Part shown: positions 8,204 through 14,476 of the stretch, in pieces
How positions within the stretch are numbered: position 1 is the first letter of the stretch
How the letters are laid out: the number at the start of each line of letters is the position of its first letter
Source of the DNA: Nitrososphaerota archaeon
Lineage (GTDB): Archaea > Thermoproteota > Nitrososphaeria_A > Caldarchaeales > Calditenuaceae
Direction: 5' to 3'
Length of the DNA: 24,000 nt
Assembly: GCA_041641295.1 (NCBI GenBank)
Contig: JBEPYO010000001.1
Coordinates: forward strand, 879,777 to 903,776
Notes under the pieces: generated by a model
The model's database searches: none
What the model saw: the letters and a program-made list of their open reading frames with translations, nothing else
Told to the model about the DNA's origin: nothing
Position numbers and translations under genes: made by a program

Positions 8204-8208
8204 AAAAA
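8204..8208 (-). terminator. T5 tract immediately 3' of tRNA-Pro
   Basis: The plus strand reads aaaaa at 8204-8208, so the minus strand reads CCCCA-TTTTT. Oligo-T tracts act as archaeal terminators. Confidence 0.5.
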
Positions 8209-8317
8209 TGGGGCCGGTGGGATTTGAACCCACGACCTCCTTCCCCAACTTGGGGGTGAAGCCCCAAGTTGACCGGGCCCGAGCCGGGCATCTTAGACCA
8301 TGCTCGACCACGGCCCC
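8209..8317 (-). tRNA. tRNA-Pro(CGG) with a 33-nt insertion (probable non-canonical intron) in the 3' strand of the anticodon stem
   Basis: - The minus strand reads GGGGCCG TG GTCG AGCATGGTCTA AGAT G CCCGG CTCGGGC CCGG[TCAACTTGGGGCTTCACCCCCAAGTTGGGGAAG]G AGGTC GTGGG TTCAAAT CCCAC CGGCCCC A.
- Removing the bracketed 33 nt restores a perfect CCCGG/CCGGG anticodon stem.
- The loop CTCGGGC has G37, as expected for tRNA-Pro.
- The insertion forms a 10-bp hairpin.
- A TTTATTTTTT box ends about 24 nt upstream of G1. Confidence 0.7.
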
Positions 8318-8374
8318 CCTACCGCTCCAAGCAGCCGCGCAAAAAATAAACGTAATCCGGTCTGGGAGGGGATG

Positions 8375-8605
8375 TTAGACGACTATAGCGGTTTCGGTCC
8401 TCTCAACGCCGTCGATCGTGTGTATCTGGGATAGGACCGTGTCTGTCAGCTTCTTCAAGTCCTCAGCCTCTACTAGGACCAGTACGTCGTATCTGCCGGT
8501 TATCATGCACGCGAGTTTACAGCCCGAGATCTTTCCAACCTGCTCGACAACATTCTTCGCCTTACCCGCCCTAGCCCTAATGAAGACGTATGCTTGGACC
8601 GCCAC
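8375..8605 (-). CDS. Stand-alone Lrp/AsnC ligand-binding (RAM) domain protein, no HTH
   Basis: 76 aa. AYVFIRARAGKAKNVVEQVGKISGCKLACMITGRYDVLVLVEAEDLKKLTDTVLSQIHTIDGVERTETAIVV shows the beta-alpha-beta-beta-alpha-beta RAM pattern, with G-x-YD and the V-x-x-T-x-T tail. GTG start. Confidence 0.8.
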   Translation of the reverse strand: MAVQAYVFIRARAGKAKNVVEQVGKISGCKLACMITGRYDVLVLVEAEDLKKLTDTVLSQIHTIDGVERTETAIVV

Positions 8606-8640
8606 GAAGTATCCACTGCCCTAAACGCTTATATCCTTTC

Positions 8641-8668
8641 CTCCCCCACAAACCCTTCACAGGACCAC
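8641..8668 (-). promoter_or_regulatory. ORB-like element on the left flank of the AT-rich tract
   Basis: The minus strand reads GTGGTCCTGTGAAGGGTTTGTGGGGGAG (TCCTGTGAA plus a G-string). Nearby on the minus strand, CCTCCACAGTTCA (8681-8693) is a mini-ORB-like CTCCACAG. Three TGTGAA half-sites lie at 8699-8720. Confidence 0.4.
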
Positions 8669-8935
8669 GCAGAATCTGTGAACTGTGGAGGGCTTCTCTG
8701 TGAAACTGTGAAGTGTGAAATAGGACTCTGAGAATCTCTGAAACAGACCCATAGATGGTTCATGTATTACCATTGTATGAATGATTGCAGTTTCTGCGTA
8801 TCTCTCAGGGATGCCTGATTGTTGCAGAAAATGAGCATTTCTGAGCCATTACAGTCGTGTCATAGGGCCCTTAACGATCCATAACTTTACCCGGTGAATA
8901 TGGGTGGTGAAGGGTGGACGCCAACACTCCACACG

Positions 8936-8956
8936 CTCCACTGGAAAAGGAGGGGT
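8936..8956 (+). promoter_or_regulatory. Origin recognition box (ORB)-like element
   Basis: CTCCACTGGAAAAGGAGGGGT is a dyad-like TCCA-N3-GGAAA followed by a G-string ending GGGGT. From memory this closely resembles the Aeropyrum/Sulfolobus ORB consensus (CTCCACAGGAAACGGAGGGGT-like). Confidence 0.6.
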
Positions 8957-8968
8957 TCAACAGACCTA

Positions 8969-8989
8969 ACCCCCATTCACAGTGAAAAG
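8969..8989 (-). promoter_or_regulatory. ORB-like element, inverted relative to 8936-8956
   Basis: The minus strand reads CTTTTCACTGTGAATGGGGGT, with a perfect dyad TTCAC-N-GTGAA plus a G-string. Its G-string faces that of the 8936 box across a 12-nt spacer. Confidence 0.45.
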
Positions 8990-9096
8990 CCGCGAAAAAC
9001 AGCTCTTCGAACAGGATAGGCAGATTTCGGACCTGAGGCCAAAGGCCTACGACCGGCACCTCAAAGAGGTGGAATAGCCAAACTCGCTTTAACACG

Positions 9097-9121
9097 CCCA
9101 CCCCACCAGTTCTAATGGAAA
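9097..9121 (-). promoter_or_regulatory. ORB-like element adjacent to the cdc6-proximal AT-rich tract
   Basis: The minus strand reads TTTCCATTAGAACTGGTGGGGTGGG (TCCA-N3-GAA followed by a G-string). Confidence 0.35.
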
Positions 9122-9238
9122 TTAACTAAAATCAACACAAACGGAGGAGGGAAAAAGAAATTAGATAAATAATTCCTCTTATCCTAGAAATTTCTCTCAT
9201 GGCTACCGATAACACTGCTGGCTAGCCCTTCAATTGTT

Positions 9239-10510
9239 GTGGACGACTTTCAGTTGAAAGAGAGGGGTGACCCCCTCAGCGACCTGCTGGCGCGGGTCTC
9301 AGCCTCGTCGCGGATATTCAAGGATAGGGAGGTCTTGCGGGCCGACTATATTCCTGGCAACCTGCCGCATAGGTGGGAGCATATCAAGAGGCTGGGTGAG
9401 ATCGTCTCAACAGGTCTCAAGATGCATAGGCCGAGCAACGTCTTCATATACGGCAAGACTGGGACAGGTAAGACAGCTGTCGTCAAGCACGTCTTCAAGA
9501 GGTTCTCCGCGGAGGCTGAGAGGCTCGGCATTCCACTCCGCTTCGTCTACATCAACTGCAGGATTGCGGGGACTGAGTACAGAGTCTTGGCCGAACTCTG
9601 CGAATCCCTCGGCGTACAAGTACCATTCACGGGCCTCTCAAAGAGCGAGGTCTTCAACAGGTTCAGGAGAGCCCACACCTCATCACAGAACCTCCTGATA
9701 GTATGTCTGGACGAGATTGACGTCTTGGTTAAGGGGTTTGGGGACGCCCTGCTATACGAGCTGACTAGGATAAATGAGGGGATTGAGGGGAGCAAGCTCT
9801 CCCTCATCGGAGTGTCGAACGACCTCATGTTTAAGGAGATGCTGGACCCGAGGGTTTTGAGCAGTCTGAGTGAGGAGGAGATCGTCTTCCACCCCTACAC
9901 CGCTGTAGAGCTCGTCGATATTCTGAGCGAGAGAGCTAGACTTGCCTTTCACGAAGGAGCCGTCCCCCAGTCGACCATAAACCTCTGCGCAGCCCTTGCA
10001 GCTGCTGAGCACGGTGACGCTAGGAGGGCGCTCGACCTCTTGAGGGTGGCTGGTGAGATTGCTGAGAGGAATATGGCTGAGAGGGTTGAGGAGCAGCATG
10101 TGCGCATGGCGCTTGGCGTGATTGAGCAGGGCCGCGTCTTCGAGGCCTTGACGACTCTCCCTCTCCACGGCAGGATCGTCCTCCTCGCAGTCTATCACGC
10201 GACTCTCCGCTCACCAAGCAAAATAACCTCAGGCCTGGTCTACCAGCACTACCGCTCGCTCTGTAGCCAGCTGGGCCTCGAGCCTCTCACGGACAGGAGG
10301 ATCAGCACCCTAATCTCGGAGCTAGACATGCTCGGGGTCCTCTCGAGCAACGTCATAAGCTATGGGAGGTATGGGAGGACTAGGAAGATTTCCTTGAAGA
10401 TTCCGGTGGACGAGGTTAGGCAGGCGCTGGAGCGAGACGAGTTCCTATCCCACCTCTTGGACCAGGAAGTGGCTCAGGCGGGTAGCGTGGAGAGTGAGCG
10501 AGGTAGCTAG
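9239..10510 (+). CDS. cdc6: Orc1/Cdc6 replication initiator (AAA+ ATPase with winged-helix C-terminus)
   Basis: 423 aa. IFKDREVLRADYIPGNLPHRWEHIKRL lead-in, Walker A GKTGTGKTAV, Walker B VCLDEID, sensor region GDARRALDLLR. GTG start. Confidence 0.93.
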   Translation: MDDFQLKERGDPLSDLLARVSASSRIFKDREVLRADYIPGNLPHRWEHIKRLGEIVSTGLKMHRPSNVFIYGKTGTGKTAVVKHVFKRFSAEAERLGIPLRFVYINCRIAGTEYRVLAELCESLGVQVPFTGLSKSEVFNRFRRAHTSSQNLLIVCLDEIDVLVKGFGDALLYELTRINEGIEGSKLSLIGVSNDLMFKEMLDPRVLSSLSEEEIVFHPYTAVELVDILSERARLAFHEGAVPQSTINLCAALAAAEHGDARRALDLLRVAGEIAERNMAERVEEQHVRMALGVIEQGRVFEALTTLPLHGRIVLLAVYHATLRSPSKITSGLVYQHYRSLCSQLGLEPLTDRRISTLISELDMLGVLSSNVISYGRYGRTRKISLKIPVDEVRQALERDEFLSHLLDQEVAQAGSVESERGS

Positions 10511-11930
10511 GAGGCTTGCGGTCAAGGCGATTGAGCGGGGCTACCAGCTCTCAGCCGAGGCCCTGGAAAGACTGCTCAAGGATGAGAATCCTCTAGGCCT
10601 CCTCGACGAGCTTCTCGCTTGGCTTGAGGGTAGGCGCACCAGCCAAGTAATAATAGACAGGCCCACGCTCGAGTTATTTCTGGCGGGCAGGGTTGCTCGG
10701 GCCGGGGCCCCAGAGGAGGAGCAGCCCCTAGAGATTGTCCTCGAGTCCCCCACCTATGAGGACTTGGCGATAGAGGGTGTGGCTGAGGAGCAGCGAATCT
10801 ACCTGCTCTCTAGGTTCCAGTCCATTCGACGGGTCTTCGAAGAGCGGGGCCTAAGCCTCAGGCCCGCCAAGGAGCTGATGAGAGAAGGGGGCGAAGGCTA
10901 TGTCGTGGGAATGGTCTTGAGCATCGTGCGCCGAGACACACACTTTCTAGTCGAGATGGAGGACCCCGTCGATACTTGGAGCCTGATAGCCCCCACACGA
11001 GACAGGGCCCTGGCGGCGAAGATGGAGTACATTCTGCCGGACATGGTCGTCGTCTTCCGTGCGAGGTCTAGGAGGGGTCCATTGGTGGCCAGCGACGTCT
11101 ATCTACCCGACACAGCGGGGAAGAAGCAGGCTTGGAGAGGCCCCGACAAGAACATCTGTATAATCTCGGACCTTCACATAGGCAGTGAGAGACACGCGGC
11201 AGAGAGGCTCAAAAGCTTCCTCGACTGGATCTGCGGCCCCGAGAACGAGGCCGAGAAGACAACACTCCTCATAATCAATGGAGACTTGGTCGACGGGGTG
11301 TATGTGTATCCTGGGCAGGAGTCCGAACTCAGCCTGAAGTCGTATGCCGAGCAGTTCGCTGCAGCGGCCAGAACCCTCTCAAGAATCCCGGAGCACGTCA
11401 AGATCATCTACGTGCCGGGAAACCATGAGCCTTGCAGGAGGGCCCTCCCCCAGCCTCCTGTCCAAGCAAGGTATCGACAGCTGCTCGGGGGTGGTGGTAG
11501 GATAGTCTATGCAGGCAATCCCGCGTGGATTAGGGTCGGAGGCCTAAAGATACTCGCGTTCCATGGCCAGACTCTCGACGACGTGATACAGGCCGGGACA
11601 CTCTTCAGCTACTCGACACTCCGTGAAAGGTCTAGCGAGATGATGGAGCTACTCCTCAAGGCCAGACACCTGGCACCCACACTGGGCCTCTCAACACCCA
11701 TACTCCCCACGAGGACCGACTATCTCGCAATACCCGAGCAGCCCGACATCCTCTGCCTAGGACACACCCACGTAGCGGCCTACACAACCTACAAGGGAAC
11801 ACAGCTGGTAAACAGCGGCTCATGGCAGGAGCAGACAAAGCTCCAAGAGAGCATAGGCCTTGAACCAACTGTCGGAACAGTGGTCCTGCTAAACCTCAAA
11901 TCACTGTCAATACGCTTCCTATCCTTCTAG
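10494..11930 (+). CDS. DNA polymerase D (Pol II) small subunit DP1, calcineurin-like phosphodiesterase/exonuclease
   Basis: 478 aa. The PDE motifs occur in order: ISDLHIGS, INGDLVDG, VPGNHEP, FHGQ, RHLAP, LGHTH. An OB-like middle region is also present. The gene overlaps the cdc6 stop by 17 nt. GTG start. Confidence 0.85.
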   Translation: MSEVARRLAVKAIERGYQLSAEALERLLKDENPLGLLDELLAWLEGRRTSQVIIDRPTLELFLAGRVARAGAPEEEQPLEIVLESPTYEDLAIEGVAEEQRIYLLSRFQSIRRVFEERGLSLRPAKELMREGGEGYVVGMVLSIVRRDTHFLVEMEDPVDTWSLIAPTRDRALAAKMEYILPDMVVVFRARSRRGPLVASDVYLPDTAGKKQAWRGPDKNICIISDLHIGSERHAAERLKSFLDWICGPENEAEKTTLLIINGDLVDGVYVYPGQESELSLKSYAEQFAAAARTLSRIPEHVKIIYVPGNHEPCRRALPQPPVQARYRQLLGGGGRIVYAGNPAWIRVGGLKILAFHGQTLDDVIQAGTLFSYSTLRERSSEMMELLLKARHLAPTLGLSTPILPTRTDYLAIPEQPDILCLGHTHVAAYTTYKGTQLVNSGSWQEQTKLQESIGLEPTVGTVVLLNLKSLSIRFLSF

Positions 11931-12040
11931 CTGGATCGGCAGGTAGGGACTGGTGTTTTTCTGCATTTGCTATATCAATTTTTCCACCCATTAAAGCCGG
12001 GTAGGATTATTTATAGAGGTCTGGCTGTTCTGAAGGCGGT

Positions 12041-13924
12041 TTGGAGGCCTCTGGAGGGAGATTTAAGCGGGAAATAGGCTGGTTCAGCGCCTTCTCCATG
12101 GGCTTCGGCGACGTAGGGGCCGACGTATTCATAGCCCTAGGGGTTGTGATGCTCTACGCAGGTGGGGCTGCTTTCATAGCCTTCGCGGTCACGGCCATAG
12201 CCTATGTAGCCATCAGCCTCTCATACGCTGAGCTGGCGCCGGCCTACCCCTACGCGGGAGGCGTACAGGTGTACTCCCTCAGGGCCTGGGATACTTTTGG
12301 AAGCTTCATCGCAGGCTGGGCAATACTACTTGACTACGTGCTATGCCTCTCACTCTTCGCCACGGCCGCAGCCGGATACTTCAAGTTCCTAATCCCCCAG
12401 GTTAAGGATTTAGCCCTGCAGCTGGGGCCCATAACCATTGGAAGCCTCGGCACTATAGCCGCTGCGATAGTCCTCCTCCTAATCGCGCTAAACTATTTTG
12501 GCATCAAGTATTCGGCCGGGGTGGTTGCAGGGATAGTCGCGTTCGGACTTATCATCCAATCACTCGTGATCATTCTGGGATTCTTGACGGTCTTCGACCC
12601 GGCTAGATTCTCCTCCCAGCTCTTCGTGGTCGGAAACCCCGAGCCCCAAGAGGAGGTATTCTACCCTCCGGGCCTCAGCTTCTCTGAGAGCAACTTCCTA
12701 TACGGTCTGACGATAGCCATGGCATCATACATTGGCGTAGAGTCGATAGCCCAGGCGGCTGAGGAGACGCGGAGGCCGCACCGCTGGATACCTAGGGCTA
12801 CGATGCTCTGCGCAGTCATGGTTCCGCTCTTCGTCTTATTGTTCAGCTCAATCGCGTTGGGTGCCACAGACTGGCGGAATATCGCCGCCGCGATCGAGAA
12901 CCCCATAGCAACCCTAGTGAGCATGTATCAGGTATTCGGCGCGGAGTTAGCCATGCTGGTCTCGTTCACGGCGATAATCCTCACTACCGCCTCCTCGAAT
13001 ACCGGGCTTATAGGGGTCACGCGGCTGGCCGCGAGCATGGGGAAACTCGGGCTCCTACCCCAATGGCTCTACGTAATCCACAGGCGATATGGGACGCCTA
13101 CGCGAGCTATAATCTTCTTCGGCATCATAGGCCTCCTACTAACCCTCCCCGGCGACATACCCTTCCTAGCTAGCCTCTACAACTTCGGCGCCTCCCTCAG
13201 CTACATCATGCTCCTCCTCTCACTGATCATCCTCAGAAACAAAGAGCCACTCGTCTACAGGCCGTGGAAATTGAAACCAACCCTTCGACTAAAGCGCGGA
13301 GATAGGGTCTACGAGATACCCCTCCTCAGCCTCATAGGCCTCATAATAGTCTCAGCAATATTCGCCCTATTCCTCCTCCTACACAGCATAGGACGCATCC
13401 TAGGCGTCGTATGGATGGCCGTCGGTGTAGCGGGCTTCTACATCTATAGAAAGCATTTTCTGAAGCGGCCTGTGAGGAGTGTTGAGGAGCAGGCCCTCGC
13501 AGTCCCCGCCGGCTACCTAATGCGTCTAACAGTTCTAGTGAGGCCGAGGGAAGATCCGAAAACGGTGGAAGAGACTCTACGCCGCTCGCTCGACAAGCGG
13601 TTCTCGCTAAAACTGCTCTCGGTAGTAGACCCGGAAGTAGAGGATGATGTGGAAGAGACGAGGCTTGAGGCTGAGAGGAACTTGGAGGAGGCCCGCAGGA
13701 TGCTTGCATCTAGCGGCTTTGAGGTCGAGCACGAGGTGAGGGTGGGTAGCTACGACGAGATAGTGGATTGGGAGGTTGAGAAGGGTGGCTCCGACTTCAT
13801 AGTCCTGCTGGTCAGGAGGTTTGAGAAGGCCGTGTTAGAGAAAGAGTCCATGCTAGACTCGAAGGTACACTCAGTCCTAGTGAGGCATCCTGCTAGAGTA
13901 ATGTTGCTGAGAAAGCCAACCTAG
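12041..13924 (+). CDS. APC-superfamily amino-acid permease with C-terminal universal-stress-protein (Usp)-like domain
   Basis: 627 aa. About 12 hydrophobic segments with APC-like motifs (FSMGFGDVGADVF, GVESIAQAAEETRRP). A cytoplasmic tail of about 130 aa shows the Usp pattern (LTVLVRPRED...GSDFIVLLVRR). TTG start about 27 nt after a TTATTTATAG box. Confidence 0.85.
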   Translation: MEASGGRFKREIGWFSAFSMGFGDVGADVFIALGVVMLYAGGAAFIAFAVTAIAYVAISLSYAELAPAYPYAGGVQVYSLRAWDTFGSFIAGWAILLDYVLCLSLFATAAAGYFKFLIPQVKDLALQLGPITIGSLGTIAAAIVLLLIALNYFGIKYSAGVVAGIVAFGLIIQSLVIILGFLTVFDPARFSSQLFVVGNPEPQEEVFYPPGLSFSESNFLYGLTIAMASYIGVESIAQAAEETRRPHRWIPRATMLCAVMVPLFVLLFSSIALGATDWRNIAAAIENPIATLVSMYQVFGAELAMLVSFTAIILTTASSNTGLIGVTRLAASMGKLGLLPQWLYVIHRRYGTPTRAIIFFGIIGLLLTLPGDIPFLASLYNFGASLSYIMLLLSLIILRNKEPLVYRPWKLKPTLRLKRGDRVYEIPLLSLIGLIIVSAIFALFLLLHSIGRILGVVWMAVGVAGFYIYRKHFLKRPVRSVEEQALAVPAGYLMRLTVLVRPREDPKTVEETLRRSLDKRFSLKLLSVVDPEVEDDVEETRLEAERNLEEARRMLASSGFEVEHEVRVGSYDEIVDWEVEKGGSDFIVLLVRRFEKAVLEKESMLDSKVHSVLVRHPARVMLLRKPT

Positions 13925-13931
13925 CACACAC

Positions 13932-14228
13932 TTACTCCCAAGTCTCCACGCCGTTCTTCTTATGCGTGTGCAGTATAACAGATGTCACAGAGCTCTTAAC
14001 ACCCTCCACACCGGACAGCACCTTGGATATGAACTCTCTCAACTCCTCAACACTCGAAACAGCAACCACCACTATAGCGTCATACTCGCCCGTCACCTCA
14101 TAGACGTCCAGAGTCTGAGGAAGCTTGGCAAGCCTCTCACAAACACTCTCAAGCTTCCCCGCCTCGACGAAGAGGTGAAGCACCGCCTTAACACTAGCAG
14201 ACAACTCCATTAACTCGGGCACTCTCAA
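13932..14228 (-). CDS. Stand-alone Lrp/AsnC ligand-binding (RAM) domain protein
   Basis: 98 aa. VKAVLHLFVEAGKLESVCERLAKLPQTLDVYEVTGEYDAIVVVAVSSVEELREFISKVLSGVEGVKSSVTSVIL fits the RAM pattern. An alternative start is the ATG at 14210 (MELSAS). Confidence 0.7.
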   Translation of the reverse strand: MRVPELMELSASVKAVLHLFVEAGKLESVCERLAKLPQTLDVYEVTGEYDAIVVVAVSSVEELREFISKVLSGVEGVKSSVTSVILHTHKKNGVETWE

Positions 14229-14254
14229 GCTCCCTAATTAATTTGGACCCTTAT

Positions 14255-14361
14255 ATGGGGCCGGTGGGACTTGAACCCACGGCTTCCGGGTTTCTTCTGT
14301 GCCAGCTACGCTTGTTGATGGGATCTGGAGCCCGGCGCCCTACCTTGCTAGGCCACGGCCC
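14255..14361 (-). tRNA. tRNA-Trp(CCA) with a 33-nt intron in the anticodon loop
   Basis: The minus strand reads GGGGCCG TG GCCT AGCAAGGTA GGGC G CCGGG CTCCAG[ATCCCATCAACAAGCGTAGCTGGCACAGAAGAA]A CCCGG AAGCC GTGGG TTCAAGT CCCAC CGGCCCC A. The intron sits at or near the canonical 37/38 position. The intron CTGG can pair with CCAG of the anticodon region. Confidence 0.85.
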
Positions 14362-14476
14362 CTTCCGCCTCTCTGAGAGGTGGAAAACTACAATTAATCC
14401 TTTTCCCGTTTGATCGCTTGGCGGGAAACGTTAAAGCATGGTCTTGAAGTATTTTACCCGTCTGGTGTGATGCTCT

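Larger units (their letters stand above)
6096..8208. mobile_element. Putative endonuclease-bearing insertion or decayed integrated element, bounded by the tRNA-Pro 3' end and an orphan tRNA 3' half
   Basis: It is flanked by two tRNA 3'-end sequences in the same orientation. It contains an AT-rich LAGLIDADG gene whose composition differs from neighbouring genes. Hand counts of single 60-nt lines gave about 43% G+C at 7321-7380 versus about 62% at 9481-9540. No integrase or transposase ORF is present. Confidence 0.4.
8641..9200. other. Predicted chromosomal replication origin (oriC-like) upstream of orc1/cdc6
   Basis: This is a ~630-nt non-coding gap. It contains ORB-like boxes in opposite orientations and two AT-rich tracts at roughly 8745-8875 and 9121-9200. 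Hand counts of single 60-nt lines gave about 40% and about 28% G+C. It lies directly upstream of orc1/cdc6, followed by DP1, the arrangement known from Pyrococcus oriC. Confidence 0.6.

Noticed and set aside
8209-8317. Reading the 109-nt tRNA as a class II tRNA (Leu/Ser) or tRNA-Sec, using the long hairpin loop CTTCAC (TCA)
   Set aside because: The hairpin loop is 6 nt, or 8 with one pair opened, not 7. The arm would be far longer than any variable arm. The alternative model, removing 33 nt, gives a perfect anticodon stem with CGG and G37. The acceptor and D stems have ordinary lengths, not Sec-like ones.
8871-9101. 76-aa minus-strand ORF inside the cdc6 upstream region
   Set aside because: It covers the ORB-like boxes, shows no protein motif or start context, and lies in a region better explained as an origin.
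9267-10217. Multiple ORFs overlapping orc1/cdc6 in other frames or on the other strand (9267-9698, 9346-9531, 9407-9619, 9547-9828, 9752-10198, 10020-10217)
   Set aside because: All are nested in a gene with unambiguous Walker A/B and Cdc6 motifs. They are shadow ORFs.
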